From: a virus
Length of the DNA stretch: 64,000 nt
Virus record (IMG/VR): IMGVR_UViG_3300045988_138376
Direction: 5' to 3' (one strand)
The first letter of the stretch is position 1, and each line of letters begins with the position of its first letter. The notes under the pieces were generated by a model. It saw only the letters and a list, made by a program, of their open reading frames with translations. It had not been told where the DNA came from and ran no database searches. A program made the position numbers and the translations under genes. Shown piece after piece: positions 42,442-52,142 of this stretch.

Positions 42442-42597
42442 TTAGCGACGACGACGACCACGACCAGAGCCTCTTACACCTCTGCGCTCTCCCATCATTT
42501 CGTCATCATCGTATTCATCGTATCTATTCCCGTAAGAACCACCACGACTACCACCACCATAAGAACCATGAGCCATCTCCGCCAAACCCGTTTCCAT
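42442..42597 (-). CDS. Gly/Arg-rich low-complexity ORF overlapping the 3' end of 42548..42733 (separate gene or frameshifted continuation)
   Basis: My hand translation gives METGLAEMAHGSYGGGSRGGSYGNRYDEYDDDEMMGERRGVRGSGRGRRRR. Confidence 0.3.
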   Translation of the reverse strand: METGLAEMAHGSYGGGSRGGSYGNRYDEYDDDEMMGERRGVRGSGRGRRRR

Positions 42598-42733
42598 TTC
42601 CTTTGCTATTCAAAGCCATTAACAAGTTAGGGTCAATACCTTTCTGCTGCAAAAGTGGAGCAAGCATAGCCATCATTCCACTTCCGCTTCCACTCCCTAC
42701 ATCAGGAGTATAAACAACTGTTTTTGATTCCAT
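42548..42733 (-). CDS. hypothetical Gly-rich small protein
   Basis: 61 aa. It ends abruptly in FLWWW inside a GGT/TGG run. Confidence 0.45.
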   Translation of the reverse strand: MESKTVVYTPDVGSGSGSGMMAMLAPLLQQKGIDPNLLMALNSKGNGNGFGGDGSWFLWWW

Positions 42734-42891
42734 AAAAAATACATTTAATATAGTCCGACATTGAACTATGTCCTGAATAAACTAAAAATAATGGAATCAA
42801 ACTACACAGTATTTTTATATTTTTCGAGCGTTGTGTTTCAGCGTATTATGATATATTATAGAATATATTTGGTGGATAGTGATAAAACCAT

Positions 42892-42899
42892 TACATTTG
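42892..42899 (+). promoter_or_regulatory. -7 promoter box TACATTTG (a second box, TATATTTG, lies at 42864-42871)
   Basis: Perfect TAnnTTTG, 18 nt upstream of the ATG at 42918. Confidence 0.5.
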
Positions 42900-42917
42900 T
42901 GCCATATAATTATCACT

Positions 42918-43262
42918 ATGACGCTAACAGCAGAACAACAACATAAAGTCGATCAGATAGCCAACGAAGTATATAAATATTTCGGAGTTGTAGAGCAAGA
43001 TATAATTAATCATAATATGAAAGAAAAGCCTTCTACTGCTCGGTATTTTCTTTATTATATATTGCATTATAGCTTAGGCTTATCTTCGTCAACAATTGCT
43101 AATATGTATTTTAGAGCACCACGATGTGTTAAACGTGGTGTTGCTAAAATAAAATTGGGAGTAGTAAGACACAAGTATTACAATGCTATTTATGCCGACT
43201 TGATGGGAAAAATACAGCCTTTGATCCCCGAAGATATTGATAGATTTCTAAATAAATCATAA
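42918..43262 (+). CDS. hypothetical protein, possibly DnaA C-terminal-domain-like HTH
   Basis: The start is set at the ATG at 42918. The segment ARYFLYYILHYSLGLSSSTIANMYFRAPRCVKRGV resembles the DnaA domain IV pattern. The similarity is weak. Confidence 0.5.
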   Translation: MTLTAEQQHKVDQIANEVYKYFGVVEQDIINHNMKEKPSTARYFLYYILHYSLGLSSSTIANMYFRAPRCVKRGVAKIKLGVVRHKYYNAIYADLMGKIQPLIPEDIDRFLNKS

Positions 43263-43267
43263 AATGT

Positions 43268-43299
43268 TTTGTTGTTAAAAAAACAAATAAGTATCTTTG
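43268..43299 (+). promoter_or_regulatory. Bacteroidetes-type promoter (-33 TTTG 43268-43271; -7 TATCTTTG 43292-43299)
   Basis: Both elements are present with a 20-nt spacer. Confidence 0.6.
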
Positions 43300-43304
43300 C
43301 GATG

Positions 43305-43440
43305 TAACAAGAGTGGAAATCTTAGACACGTGTGAAGAAATTAATAGCCAAGTGTGGCTTTTATATAAAGCCTGTAAGCAATTGTTAATTTAGAATGTGT
43401 CTAAGATTTCCACTCAAAAGCTTACAGGCTTTCTTGTGTA
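43305..43440 (+). ncRNA. candidate structured RNA or DNA switch with two interleaved perfect inverted repeats
   Basis: There is a 19-bp IR GAGTGGAAATCTTAGACAC (43311-43329 with 43397-43415) and a 13-bp IR AAAGCCTGTAAGC (43367-43379 with 43420-43432), arranged A-B-A'-B'. Confidence 0.45.
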
Positions 43441-43824
43441 AAAAAACAAGATGATTGCACTAATCAGCCTTAAAATGGATGTTCATTATCTCCGTACATT
43501 GTGCATCGCCCTCCAAGGCGAAAAAAGGGATAACACTACAATCAGATGTTTTTTCATGTTGGGAAAGTGAAGGGCAACGTTGAACCTTGCGACCCTTCGA
43601 CCTCACGCCAAAAACAAAAACTAACATGAAAAGGCAAACGAAAAAAAGTAGATATAAGCAGAGGTGTTTATATGCGAGGGATACGGGAGTGCTGATTGTG
43701 TATGTAGGTTTTTGGAGTAAACCGAAAATATTCTTCTTACTGCTAACTGCTATATATATAATGTACAGTGTAGGTGTGAGGGATATAAAAGGTATACTAT
43801 ATATTAATTCTAAATTAACAACTA

Positions 43825-44517
43825 ATGAACGACTTGAAATTAAACAAGGAAGTAATGACTTCGAGAGAGATTGCGGATCTGACGGGGAAGGAACACAAAA
43901 ACGTAATGCAAGATATTAGAAATCTTGTTGCCCAACTGCCAGAAAAAGATAGGCTGAATTTTCAGCTCACCTCTTATACAGATTCTCAAAATAGGGGGAA
44001 GCCTATGTATCAACTTTCCAAGAAAGGTTGTTTGTGCCTTGCTTCGGGTTACAGAGCAGACTTGCGTATGGCAATCATAAACAGATGGGAAGAGCTCGAA
44101 AAAGAAAAGCGTTCCGGAAACTTTGTCATCCCGTCTACATTTAGCGAGGCCTTAATGTTGGCTGCAAAACAAGCCGAGGAAATAGAAAAGCAACAAAAAC
44201 AGATTGAGTGTATGAAGCCTAAAGCCGAGTATTTCAATGGGCTTGTCGAGAGAGGGAATAATCTTAATTTTAGAGATACAGCAAAGTTACTTGGGGTTAA
44301 AGAAAAAACTTTCATTTATATTTTAATTGATAAAGGGTATATTTATCGTGATACAAAAGGGAAACTAAAACCGATAGCCAAATATGTAGGTAGATACTTC
44401 GAGTTGAAGGAATGGGTCACCAATGATAAATCTGGAACGCAAACTCTTATTACGGTGACAGGAAGAGAAAAGTTCGCCAGCATAATTAAGGAATACATTT
44501 CAGAGAGTTTAAATTGA
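43825..44517 (+). CDS. Rha-family N-terminal domain plus KilAC-type (variant B) antirepressor
   Basis: The N-terminus is MTSREIADLTGKEHKNVMQDIRNL. The C-terminus is roughly 70 percent identical by eye to that of 26219..26917. Confidence 0.75.
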   Translation: MNDLKLNKEVMTSREIADLTGKEHKNVMQDIRNLVAQLPEKDRLNFQLTSYTDSQNRGKPMYQLSKKGCLCLASGYRADLRMAIINRWEELEKEKRSGNFVIPSTFSEALMLAAKQAEEIEKQQKQIECMKPKAEYFNGLVERGNNLNFRDTAKLLGVKEKTFIYILIDKGYIYRDTKGKLKPIAKYVGRYFELKEWVTNDKSGTQTLITVTGREKFASIIKEYISESLN

Positions 44518-44543
44518 ACCATTATTTAATAAAACCAATAAAA

Positions 44544-44921
44544 ATGAAAAAGAACATTCTATTTTTAGTATTAGCATTAATGCTTGCATTTTCTTCTTGT
44601 TCTAAAGGAGAAGATAGTCATAACGATTTCCTTCTTGAAAACACAACATGGTTGTGCATCGAGAATCAAATCACCATGCAATTTACTTCTGCAAAAGATG
44701 TAAAAGTCGAATCAGATTTATGGGCTGACCGCTATGGAACTTATATTCAAAACGAAAAGTCTATTAAATTCTTTGATCTATGGGCATTTATTTCGATTAC
44801 TCCTTATGACTTCAAATCGGCTACCTTGTCAGATTACGGAACCAACATGAAGGTGAAATGCGTAGATAAAAACAACGGAGAAGAAAAAGAGTTAACTTTT
44901 GTGAAAGAAGTATCTAAATAA
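44544..44921 (+). CDS. lipoprotein
   Basis: The start is set at the ATG at 44544. The signal peptide plus lipobox is MKKNILFLVLALMLAFSSC. Confidence 0.7.
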   Translation: MKKNILFLVLALMLAFSSCSKGEDSHNDFLLENTTWLCIENQITMQFTSAKDVKVESDLWADRYGTYIQNEKSIKFFDLWAFISITPYDFKSATLSDYGTNMKVKCVDKNNGEEKELTFVKEVSK

Positions 44922-45028
44922 CATTCCTTTTACTATCTTTGTAAACAAGAAATAGCAGCAACTTTAATTTCTTAACTCATATCATTTATTTTAAGTGTTT
45001 TTCATATAATATAGATTTAAAGGGTTTG

Positions 45029-45068
45029 TCCCCAAGAGTATGTGAATATTCTTGGGGATGTTTTTTTT
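45029..45068. terminator. bidirectional rho-independent terminator between convergent operons
   Basis: Stem TCCCCAAGA/TCTTGGGGA (45029-45037 with 45050-45058) is followed by TGTTTTTTTT. Confidence 0.7.
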
Positions 45069-48000
45069 ATAGTACAGTTTTTATGCTATATCCTCCAACT
45101 GAATTGTTACCTCCAGCTGTAATAACACTTTCCAATTTGCTATTTATATCTCTTAATACTCTTGTTTGTGCGACTAATTCTCCTAATAATGGATTAGCCT
45201 CAACATCAAAGCTACCGATAGCAGAAAGAGTTTTTAATTGTACGTTTGAATCAGCTACGAAGAATCGCATGGAGTTTAAAAGTGCTTCAAGAGCTTGCGC
45301 TGTTTCTTCTGTAATACCTTTTATACCTGCATTCAAACCAGATAGCTCTTGATTGTTCCCTCCTGGCAAAACACCTAAGTTTTCTACGATGGATTTATAC
45401 AATGCGTCTAAAGCTCCTTTGGTATCCGTATTAAATTTATCCATGATTCCAGAAAGTTCATCCTTAGTTAAGATGCTATCTTTAACTGCTTCGTCAATCA
45501 TTCCCAATAGGGGTTTTAATATGGTCTCAGTTCCTCTAAACAACAATTGCTTTTTAACAACATTATCCATAAAGTCTTGGAATGTAGTTTCCAACCCTTT
45601 CATTCCATCCCCTGTTTCTTTGAAGGCTTCATACCAAGCATTAGCAAATTCTTGTGCGGCAGATTTAAAGTTTTCTTCCGTTCCGAATCCTCCCATTTCT
45701 GCTAAAGCTTCTTCTTTTAATTGCAGTTGCAAATCGTGCAACTTTTCAATTTCTCCTTGCCATTCCTTTATTCGCTTCTTGTCGGTTTTCTTTTTCGCAT
45801 CTTCGGCAGCTATCATCTGTTCGTATGACTTTATTTGGGCTTTTACGTTTTCTTGGGCAAGTCTATTTGATTCTTGAAATGTGTCTACAGAATAAGCTGC
45901 TTCTATTGACTTTTCAAGCTTTTTGTACGCCTTATCCAGATTCTCAATCTTTTCTATTTCCCTCTGTATTTGACGTTCCTTCTTTTTATCACCAATATTA
46001 AAGAAAGCTCCAATTGTTTTTGCCAAACCAGTAATACCTTGCAGGTACCCGCCAATATCAGCAGGATTAACCATAACCCTTGCGACACCCGCCGCTGTAT
46101 CTCCGACACCCGATAATATTTCTTGGAGAGAACCGATTGAATCAGCAGCTTTAGCATCCATCTTGCCAAAGACATTTTCCATTGAAGTAGCTACATCAGA
46201 GATAGTTTGTCCTACTTCATCGGCATATCTACCGATTAATAATAATACAGCTTGAAGTTTATCTTTTAATGTTTCGCCATATTTTATTTGCTTTATTAAG
46301 GCTTTTACAACTTCGCCTTGACTTTTTACATTGTTATTTGCAATGTCCAATGCTTGCTGTGCAATCCTTAAATTTTCCTTGGCTAAATTAGCTTCTTTAG
46401 AATTAATCCCGTATTTTTTAACTGCAACATCATATTGCTTTTGAGCAGAAATAACGTTATTCTCTGCTAATGTTTGCTGCTGTTTATATTGCTCTAAGGT
46501 TTTTGATTCATCTGTATATTCAGCCTCCAAATTCTTTTTTTCTTTTAAGTAGCCGATATACTCTTTTATATTAGGCAATAGATCCTTAAACGGATTTCGC
46601 TTCTCTATTTGTTCGTCAATCTTTTGCATTTGAGAAGTTATCTCCTTTAATTCGGTTGGAGACAAATCTTTTAAATACTCTTTCAACGAAATCAATTTAG
46701 CTTTCATCTGCTCTAATACGGAAGAAGATACTCTATCAAGATCTTCAAACATCGTAATATAAAGATCGCTTTCTTTGAATTCGGCAAAAGATTGCTTATC
46801 TAATTTCTGCCTTGTTTCTTTCTGTATGTCCTTTTTAATCTGTTCCTTCTGTGGTTTTGTAAATTCAGAAGGGATTTCTGCTATCTTCTTCTGCGCTTCA
46901 AGCTCAATCTTGATACGCTCCGACATGGATTTTTTCAGATATTGAGAATAATCCTTTAATCGTTCTTGCAAGGATGCTTTTTCTGCGGCAGTTATTTTAT
47001 CCGATGCTTCGTTATATGCTTTTAATTGCTCCTCGCTCAATGCCTTTATATCAGGATAGAGAGATTTCAGTTTTGCCTTAATATCATCAAGCGTAAATGT
47101 ATCAATTCCAAATAACTGGCTAATTAAATCTTTATCAAGACCTAACTTCCCTAATTCCACAGTTAATTCATAACCAGTAAAAAGCCCCTCTATTTCTTTT
47201 CTTGTCCTTTCTACGTCTTTTGCTCTTACATCTATTTCAACGTCACCCTTCAAATCAGCAATGGCTTTTTCAAGCGTCAAGCGCATTTTGGGAGAAACAG
47301 AAGACATAAGTGATTCTAATCCTGCTATAATTCCGCTTGGATCAAAATTCATCGTTGTAATCAAATTCCCTAATCCAGCTTCTTTAAAAGAATCCGTATA
47401 GTCTTTTCGAGTTTTCTCTAAAGCTTCGGCTTTACTATAATATTTTAGATTTTTCTGGTATTCTTGCCCAACTTTCTTTAAAAGATCTATTTGCTGTTGT
47501 AACGTTTTGTTTCTTTCATTTTCTCCTTTATTCGATTTAGGCATTTCGCCAAATGCTGACAATATCTGAGTGAGCTGCTTAACTCTCTCTTTATTGTATT
47601 TAAGAGCTTCTTCATTGGTCATCGAAGCATTTAATTGCTCTGTTGCTACATTTAATTTTTCTACATTAGATTGCGAGTCTTTCAGTTCGGCTTTTAGCTT
47701 ATCAAAATAATCTTTAGTTCCTTGATCTGGTTTTATAATATCAAGTTCAAGCTTATGATCTTCTACATATTTTTTAAGTCGAGCTTGCATCCCTTGATAT
47801 TGATTTATAATAGGTTTAGATGCTATTTCTACTCCAAACTTAACTGTAAATTCCTGAGATACAAATTTTCTTGTTTCCTCGTCAGCTATATTTATAGAAT
47901 TAATATAATCTCTAAGAGTTTCTTGTGCCGCTTTTCTCCCCTCTTCTGTAGCAATATTATAAGTCTTCTTAAAATCCGTAGCAAGTTTCTTTATATCCTC

Positions 48001-50682
48001 TGACATTTCAGTTCTTGTTTTAGTCAACTTGCTTAAAGCTTTGTCATAATCATTGAAGTCAGAAGAATAAGGGCGCATTAATTCCCTCAAACCTCCACCA
48101 CCAGTAGCAGCAGTTTTTCTACCGAGAACGTCTAACGCTTTTAATTTCTCAACGGCTGTTCCTGCACTATTTTGTATTGCAATGATCTGCTGTCGGACAT
48201 CAGGATCTAAATTTTTAGCTGTTTGAAGAAAAACATTGAGTTTCCCATTTGCATCAAGCCAAATATTACCCATATTATTAGCTTGTTTATTATATTCAGC
48301 TTGAAATTCCGATAGCTCTGCTGCCTTTTCAATCATTCCTGTACTAAACCAAGACTCTTGCCTCTTTGCTAACCAATTTAAATAATTAGTTTGTTCTAAC
48401 TTCTTATTAAACTCCTCTTGTGCTTTAGTCAAATCTACAGTACCATCTTTCTGTGTAATAATGCTATTATATACTGTCGGATGATTAATTCTCAATTCTT
48501 CTAACAAGGCATTTCGTTTTGCCGAAGATTCGTTGTTTTCTTTTTGAGCTTCTGTATATTCCTTAGTTCCTTCTTTAAACTGCTGCATTGCAGAAGCAGA
48601 TTCTTTTATTTTCGCATTATATTCCTTAATTTTAGAGGAGATAGAATCTATTTCATTCTTTTGTCTTGCTAAAGAATTTGTTAATATGTCATATTTAGCT
48701 TTTGCTTCTTCAATCTTACTATTGTATTCTGTAGCTGCATATATTGCTGTAGCAATACCAGTTGCCAAAAGTAAATAAGGATTGCCTTTTGCAAAAGATA
48801 ATAAGTTTTTAAGCCCTGTAACTGTTCCTCCGATAGCCTTGTTAACTCTTCCTGAATTGGCGATTATTTCTCCCTGTGATGCCGCGAAAGCCTTATTAGC
48901 GATGGTAGCTAAAACTATTTTTCCAGTATATAAAACGAACCCAGTTGCTACGGATTTTAATAAAACTGCAAAAACTTCCCAACTCTCTACAATGCCTCGA
49001 ACAATCGCAACCAAATCTTTTAGAACACCGTCATTAGCTTTTCCAATCTCGTTAAACATAACATCGAAGCTATCTTGGAGGTTGGAAATTTGACCTTGCA
49101 AAGTTTCAGCTTGTATTTCTTGCATATTATAGAAGATTCCTCCGGCAGAAGTTATCCTCTTAAATACTTCTTCGACATCCTCAAAGGCAACCATTCTATT
49201 AGATACCATATCGAAGACTTCTCCAACAGATACCATTCGTCCTTCTAATTCAGTGAAATATGTTGCCAATTCACCTAATATATTAATACCAGCTTCACTA
49301 AACTGTCTTAATTCCGTTCCTCGTAGATAATTAGCTGCCTTAACCTGACCAAAGGCTAAAATCAAGCGATCCATTTCAACACCCAAGCCGCTTGATATAT
49401 CAGCAAGCATTTTTGTTGTATCGTACAGTTTTTCTGTTTCAATACGATATGCAGCCAATTGCTTTGTATATGTAACCAATTCCTTAACTCTATAAGGAGA
49501 CCTAACAGCCAATTCGACAACTTGATTAAATAATTGGTCAGCTTGATCTTTGTTTTGAAGAATAGCTTGTAATGCGCGGTTCTGCAATTCAAATTCCCCT
49601 CGCACCTGTACCAATTTACCAATATACCCTTCAATTGCGGCCACACTGAAAAGAAGACCTAATTTACGCTCCAATTGCGCAGAAGTATCGAGTATGCGGC
49701 TTTGATTTTTCTTCAAATTGTTCATGCTATTTGCTGTAGCATTATTAACCGCATTTAGTCTTTGGGTTTCAGCAGTTATTTTCTGCAATTGAACCGTATA
49801 ATTCTTTCCAGTAGCATTTAATTGTTCTTGGGCGCTTCTTAATTTGGCTAATTTATTAATACGTTGGGCGATGGTTCCCTCAGATGCAGCCATAGCTCTA
49901 TTGTAAGCTTGCATGGCTTGTGCAGCTTGCTGATCTGATTTCCTATTTTGTTCTCTATTAAGTTTTTCTTGTGCTTTAGCTAATTTCTCTGCTTCTGCCG
50001 CAGCCTTCTCTTCAGCTTGCGCCATTTTATAAGCCTTCTCAAAAGCTGCATCCATCATCTTCTGTTGCTGCTGTAAAGCCGAACTTCCTGTTTTGAATGA
50101 AGAATTTAATTGGTCTAATGCAATAGAAGTGTTACCGATTGTTTTTTTGTAATTTTCCCAAGAAGCGGCTGTAGCAAGAATGCTTCTTCTTTCTTGCTCT
50201 AATACAGCTAATTCAGCTTGAATTTGAGGAGTAAGTGATTTCCCTGCTGAGGCTTCTTTTATTGTAGAACCACTAATAAATCCGCCTCCCTTATTTTTCA
50301 AATTGGCAATTTGAGAATCCAATTTAGATACTGCCGAAGTCGAATCATTTAACAAGTTTTTAAGCGATTCTATTTTTTTATTGATAACATCGACGGGAGA
50401 TTGGGACACTCTATTTAGTTGCTCTGCCACATTAGCCACACTTTTAGCTACTTTTTCTGTGCCAGATGTATCAAGCTTAGGCATCAAATCTTTAATGCCT
50501 TTATTCGCTGTTTTTAATTGTTGTAATAATGGGTTAAGCCCATCTGCCATTTCTTGAAAAGCCGACTTCATTAGCTTTTTAGTATTCTCACTCGTTTTAG
50601 CTAATGTCTCTATTTTCTTATCTGTTTGATCCAGTTGCTTTAATACATTTTCTGGTATCTCTAAAATATATCCTTCTGCCAT
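45067..50682 (-). CDS. tail tape measure protein
   Basis: 1871 aa and highly alpha-helical/coiled-coil. It lies immediately downstream of the G/GT chaperone pair. Confidence 0.85.
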   Translation of the reverse strand: MAEGYILEIPENVLKQLDQTDKKIETLAKTSENTKKLMKSAFQEMADGLNPLLQQLKTANKGIKDLMPKLDTSGTEKVAKSVANVAEQLNRVSQSPVDVINKKIESLKNLLNDSTSAVSKLDSQIANLKNKGGGFISGSTIKEASAGKSLTPQIQAELAVLEQERRSILATAASWENYKKTIGNTSIALDQLNSSFKTGSSALQQQQKMMDAAFEKAYKMAQAEEKAAAEAEKLAKAQEKLNREQNRKSDQQAAQAMQAYNRAMAASEGTIAQRINKLAKLRSAQEQLNATGKNYTVQLQKITAETQRLNAVNNATANSMNNLKKNQSRILDTSAQLERKLGLLFSVAAIEGYIGKLVQVRGEFELQNRALQAILQNKDQADQLFNQVVELAVRSPYRVKELVTYTKQLAAYRIETEKLYDTTKMLADISSGLGVEMDRLILAFGQVKAANYLRGTELRQFSEAGINILGELATYFTELEGRMVSVGEVFDMVSNRMVAFEDVEEVFKRITSAGGIFYNMQEIQAETLQGQISNLQDSFDVMFNEIGKANDGVLKDLVAIVRGIVESWEVFAVLLKSVATGFVLYTGKIVLATIANKAFAASQGEIIANSGRVNKAIGGTVTGLKNLLSFAKGNPYLLLATGIATAIYAATEYNSKIEEAKAKYDILTNSLARQKNEIDSISSKIKEYNAKIKESASAMQQFKEGTKEYTEAQKENNESSAKRNALLEELRINHPTVYNSIITQKDGTVDLTKAQEEFNKKLEQTNYLNWLAKRQESWFSTGMIEKAAELSEFQAEYNKQANNMGNIWLDANGKLNVFLQTAKNLDPDVRQQIIAIQNSAGTAVEKLKALDVLGRKTAATGGGGLRELMRPYSSDFNDYDKALSKLTKTRTEMSEDIKKLATDFKKTYNIATEEGRKAAQETLRDYINSINIADEETRKFVSQEFTVKFGVEIASKPIINQYQGMQARLKKYVEDHKLELDIIKPDQGTKDYFDKLKAELKDSQSNVEKLNVATEQLNASMTNEEALKYNKERVKQLTQILSAFGEMPKSNKGENERNKTLQQQIDLLKKVGQEYQKNLKYYSKAEALEKTRKDYTDSFKEAGLGNLITTMNFDPSGIIAGLESLMSSVSPKMRLTLEKAIADLKGDVEIDVRAKDVERTRKEIEGLFTGYELTVELGKLGLDKDLISQLFGIDTFTLDDIKAKLKSLYPDIKALSEEQLKAYNEASDKITAAEKASLQERLKDYSQYLKKSMSERIKIELEAQKKIAEIPSEFTKPQKEQIKKDIQKETRQKLDKQSFAEFKESDLYITMFEDLDRVSSSVLEQMKAKLISLKEYLKDLSPTELKEITSQMQKIDEQIEKRNPFKDLLPNIKEYIGYLKEKKNLEAEYTDESKTLEQYKQQQTLAENNVISAQKQYDVAVKKYGINSKEANLAKENLRIAQQALDIANNNVKSQGEVVKALIKQIKYGETLKDKLQAVLLLIGRYADEVGQTISDVATSMENVFGKMDAKAADSIGSLQEILSGVGDTAAGVARVMVNPADIGGYLQGITGLAKTIGAFFNIGDKKKERQIQREIEKIENLDKAYKKLEKSIEAAYSVDTFQESNRLAQENVKAQIKSYEQMIAAEDAKKKTDKKRIKEWQGEIEKLHDLQLQLKEEALAEMGGFGTEENFKSAAQEFANAWYEAFKETGDGMKGLETTFQDFMDNVVKKQLLFRGTETILKPLLGMIDEAVKDSILTKDELSGIMDKFNTDTKGALDALYKSIVENLGVLPGGNNQELSGLNAGIKGITEETAQALEALLNSMRFFVADSNVQLKTLSAIGSFDVEANPLLGELVAQTRVLRDINSKLESVITAGGNNSVGGYSIKTVL

Positions 50683-50687
50683 CGTTT

Positions 50688-50894
50688 TTACTGTTCTTTA
50701 AATAATGGGAATCCTAAATCGCTTAATAAATCTTCTGCGGAATTGATTACAGTTACATTGTCCTCGCTTTTATTTTCAGGTAAATAAACAACTTGCGTTG
50801 AATCATGGGACGCTAAAGCTATTTGAGCCATACTCATTTTCCACATGTATTCGTCTATGGTCACAGAAGGATAAGCTTTAAGAAAATCAAACAT
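50688..50894 (-). CDS. tail assembly chaperone, frameshift extension (T part of G-T)
   Basis: This ORF is in the -1 frame relative to 50921..51403, and that frame stays open from the T9 slippery run. Confidence 0.65.
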   Translation of the reverse strand: MFDFLKAYPSVTIDEYMWKMSMAQIALASHDSTQVVYLPENKSEDNVTVINSAEDLLSDLGFPLFKEQ

Positions 50895-50920
50895 CTGCCC
50901 ATAGCTTGTTCTGGCGACTA

Positions 50921-51403
50921 TTATTTTTGTTCGTTCATCCTTGTCTTCCTCTGTAGAGCCATCTCCTTGAATATCTGAGTCGAGTTGATAATGTAAAAAA
51001 AAACATCCACATTTATCAAATTAAGTATTTCAAATAACAACTGTCCCCATTCCTTTTCATCACATTCCCAAAAAAGGGTTTCGTATACTTTTTTATATGT
51101 TACTTCATCTTCAATATCTTCTTTCTTGTTAAGAATAGCCAATGTAATAATCCTACAAACAGAAGGTAAATTAGACGCTAATCCTTTTAACACATCACTA
51201 TACGATGCTTTTTCTGCTTTACTTATTTTAACTGCTTCTTCTGCAATCATCCACATTACGGCAGGCTTCAAAGACTTTATAGCGAACTCTGTTTTTGACA
51301 ACTTAACTAAAGTTGGGCTATCTGTCATGATTTGTGCTAAACGTTCCATTGCTTCATCAGAAACAGGTTCGTTGATTGATTTTCTTTTTATATTTTCTTT
51401 CAT
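50921..51403 (-). CDS. tail assembly chaperone (G-like)
   Basis: 160 aa, positioned between the tail tube gene and the tape measure gene. It contains the slippery run near its 3' end. Confidence 0.65.
   Translation of the reverse strand: MKENIKRKSINEPVSDEAMERLAQIMTDSPTLVKLSKTEFAIKSLKPAVMWMIAEEAVKISKAEKASYSDVLKGLASNLPSVCRIITLAILNKKEDIEDEVTYKKVYETLFWECDEKEWGQLLFEILNLINVDVFFYIINSTQIFKEMALQRKTRMNEQK
50995..51003 (-). promoter_or_regulatory. -1 programmed ribosomal frameshift slippery site (G TTT TTT TTA C on the coding strand)
   Basis: There is a T9 run in the zero-frame codons GTT TTT TTT TAC. The -1 frame has no stop until it joins ORF 50688..50894. Confidence 0.65.
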
Positions 51404-51563
51404 GTTATTACTTATGAAATAGGGGGAAGGAGTTTAATTCTCCCACCCCCCCTATATAGTTAGATGATATTACTTTTTCTCGCTCTTGTTTTAGGAGACA
51501 ATAAAATAGCGTCTTCTCCGTTCAGGATATTTAGGGAATTAGCCGGAGTTACCGATTCCCTCG

Positions 51564-52142
51564 TTACCCCCCCACAGTTGTAGGAATAGTATAATCGTAG
51601 TCGATCATAAATGGAGTCATAACTTTGCCAGAACCGTTGGTCATCTCCAACAAAGATCCTGTACCAGCTAATGCAATTCGTCCAATAGAGGTACTTAAAG
51701 AGTCAATTGTTACAGTTGGGCTCATCTGAACTTTAGGCAGAATACATGCAATGTATTTCCCATCTGTACCCTGAAATACCAAAGCAAATTCAGCATATTT
51801 AGTAACATATCCGCTTGGGGCATATACCTTTTTATTATCTGTACCTACTGTAAATCCTAAAAGATCTTTCAATAAGTCGGGCTGCAAATCGGCAATTTCT
51901 GTAGCTACAGAATACTGTCCAGCTTGAATATTGTTAATAATTGGTGCAGAAGACAATTCATTCTCTACTGGGTTCTCGGTGTTTTCCTCCTGTGTAATAG
52001 AGGTTGAGTCCCGGATAATTTCCTCACATTGATATACATTTGTTCCTTTTGTCGTTTCGTCTGTAAAAGGAGTAATAAAAATGTATTTCGGGTTAAAAAC
52101 CTTCTTCGATTTTGCGGATGTTTTTACAACTGTTGTTGCCAT
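51564..52142 (-). CDS. putative major tail (tube) protein
   Basis: 192 aa. The assignment is by position, directly upstream of the chaperone pair. Confidence 0.5.
   Translation of the reverse strand: MATTVVKTSAKSKKVFNPKYIFITPFTDETTKGTNVYQCEEIIRDSTSITQEENTENPVENELSSAPIINNIQAGQYSVATEIADLQPDLLKDLLGFTVGTDNKKVYAPSGYVTKYAEFALVFQGTDGKYIACILPKVQMSPTVTIDSLSTSIGRIALAGTGSLLEMTNGSGKVMTPFMIDYDYTIPTTVGG

Noticed and set aside
43587-43919. Track ORF of 110 aa upstream of, and overlapping, the Rha-type gene.
   Set aside because: It starts at TTG inside a GC-rich hairpin and has a low-complexity basic sequence. It overlaps the well-supported ATG-initiated gene at 43825 in another frame.
45026-50000. Plus-strand ORFs inside the tape measure gene (45026..45352, 45353..45877, 47722..48003, 48782..49093) and similar antisense ORFs inside the primase, terminase, capsid and ATPase genes.
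   Set aside because: They are antisense to long, well-supported genes. They have low-complexity or hydrophobic composition typical of shadow ORFs and no independent start signals.
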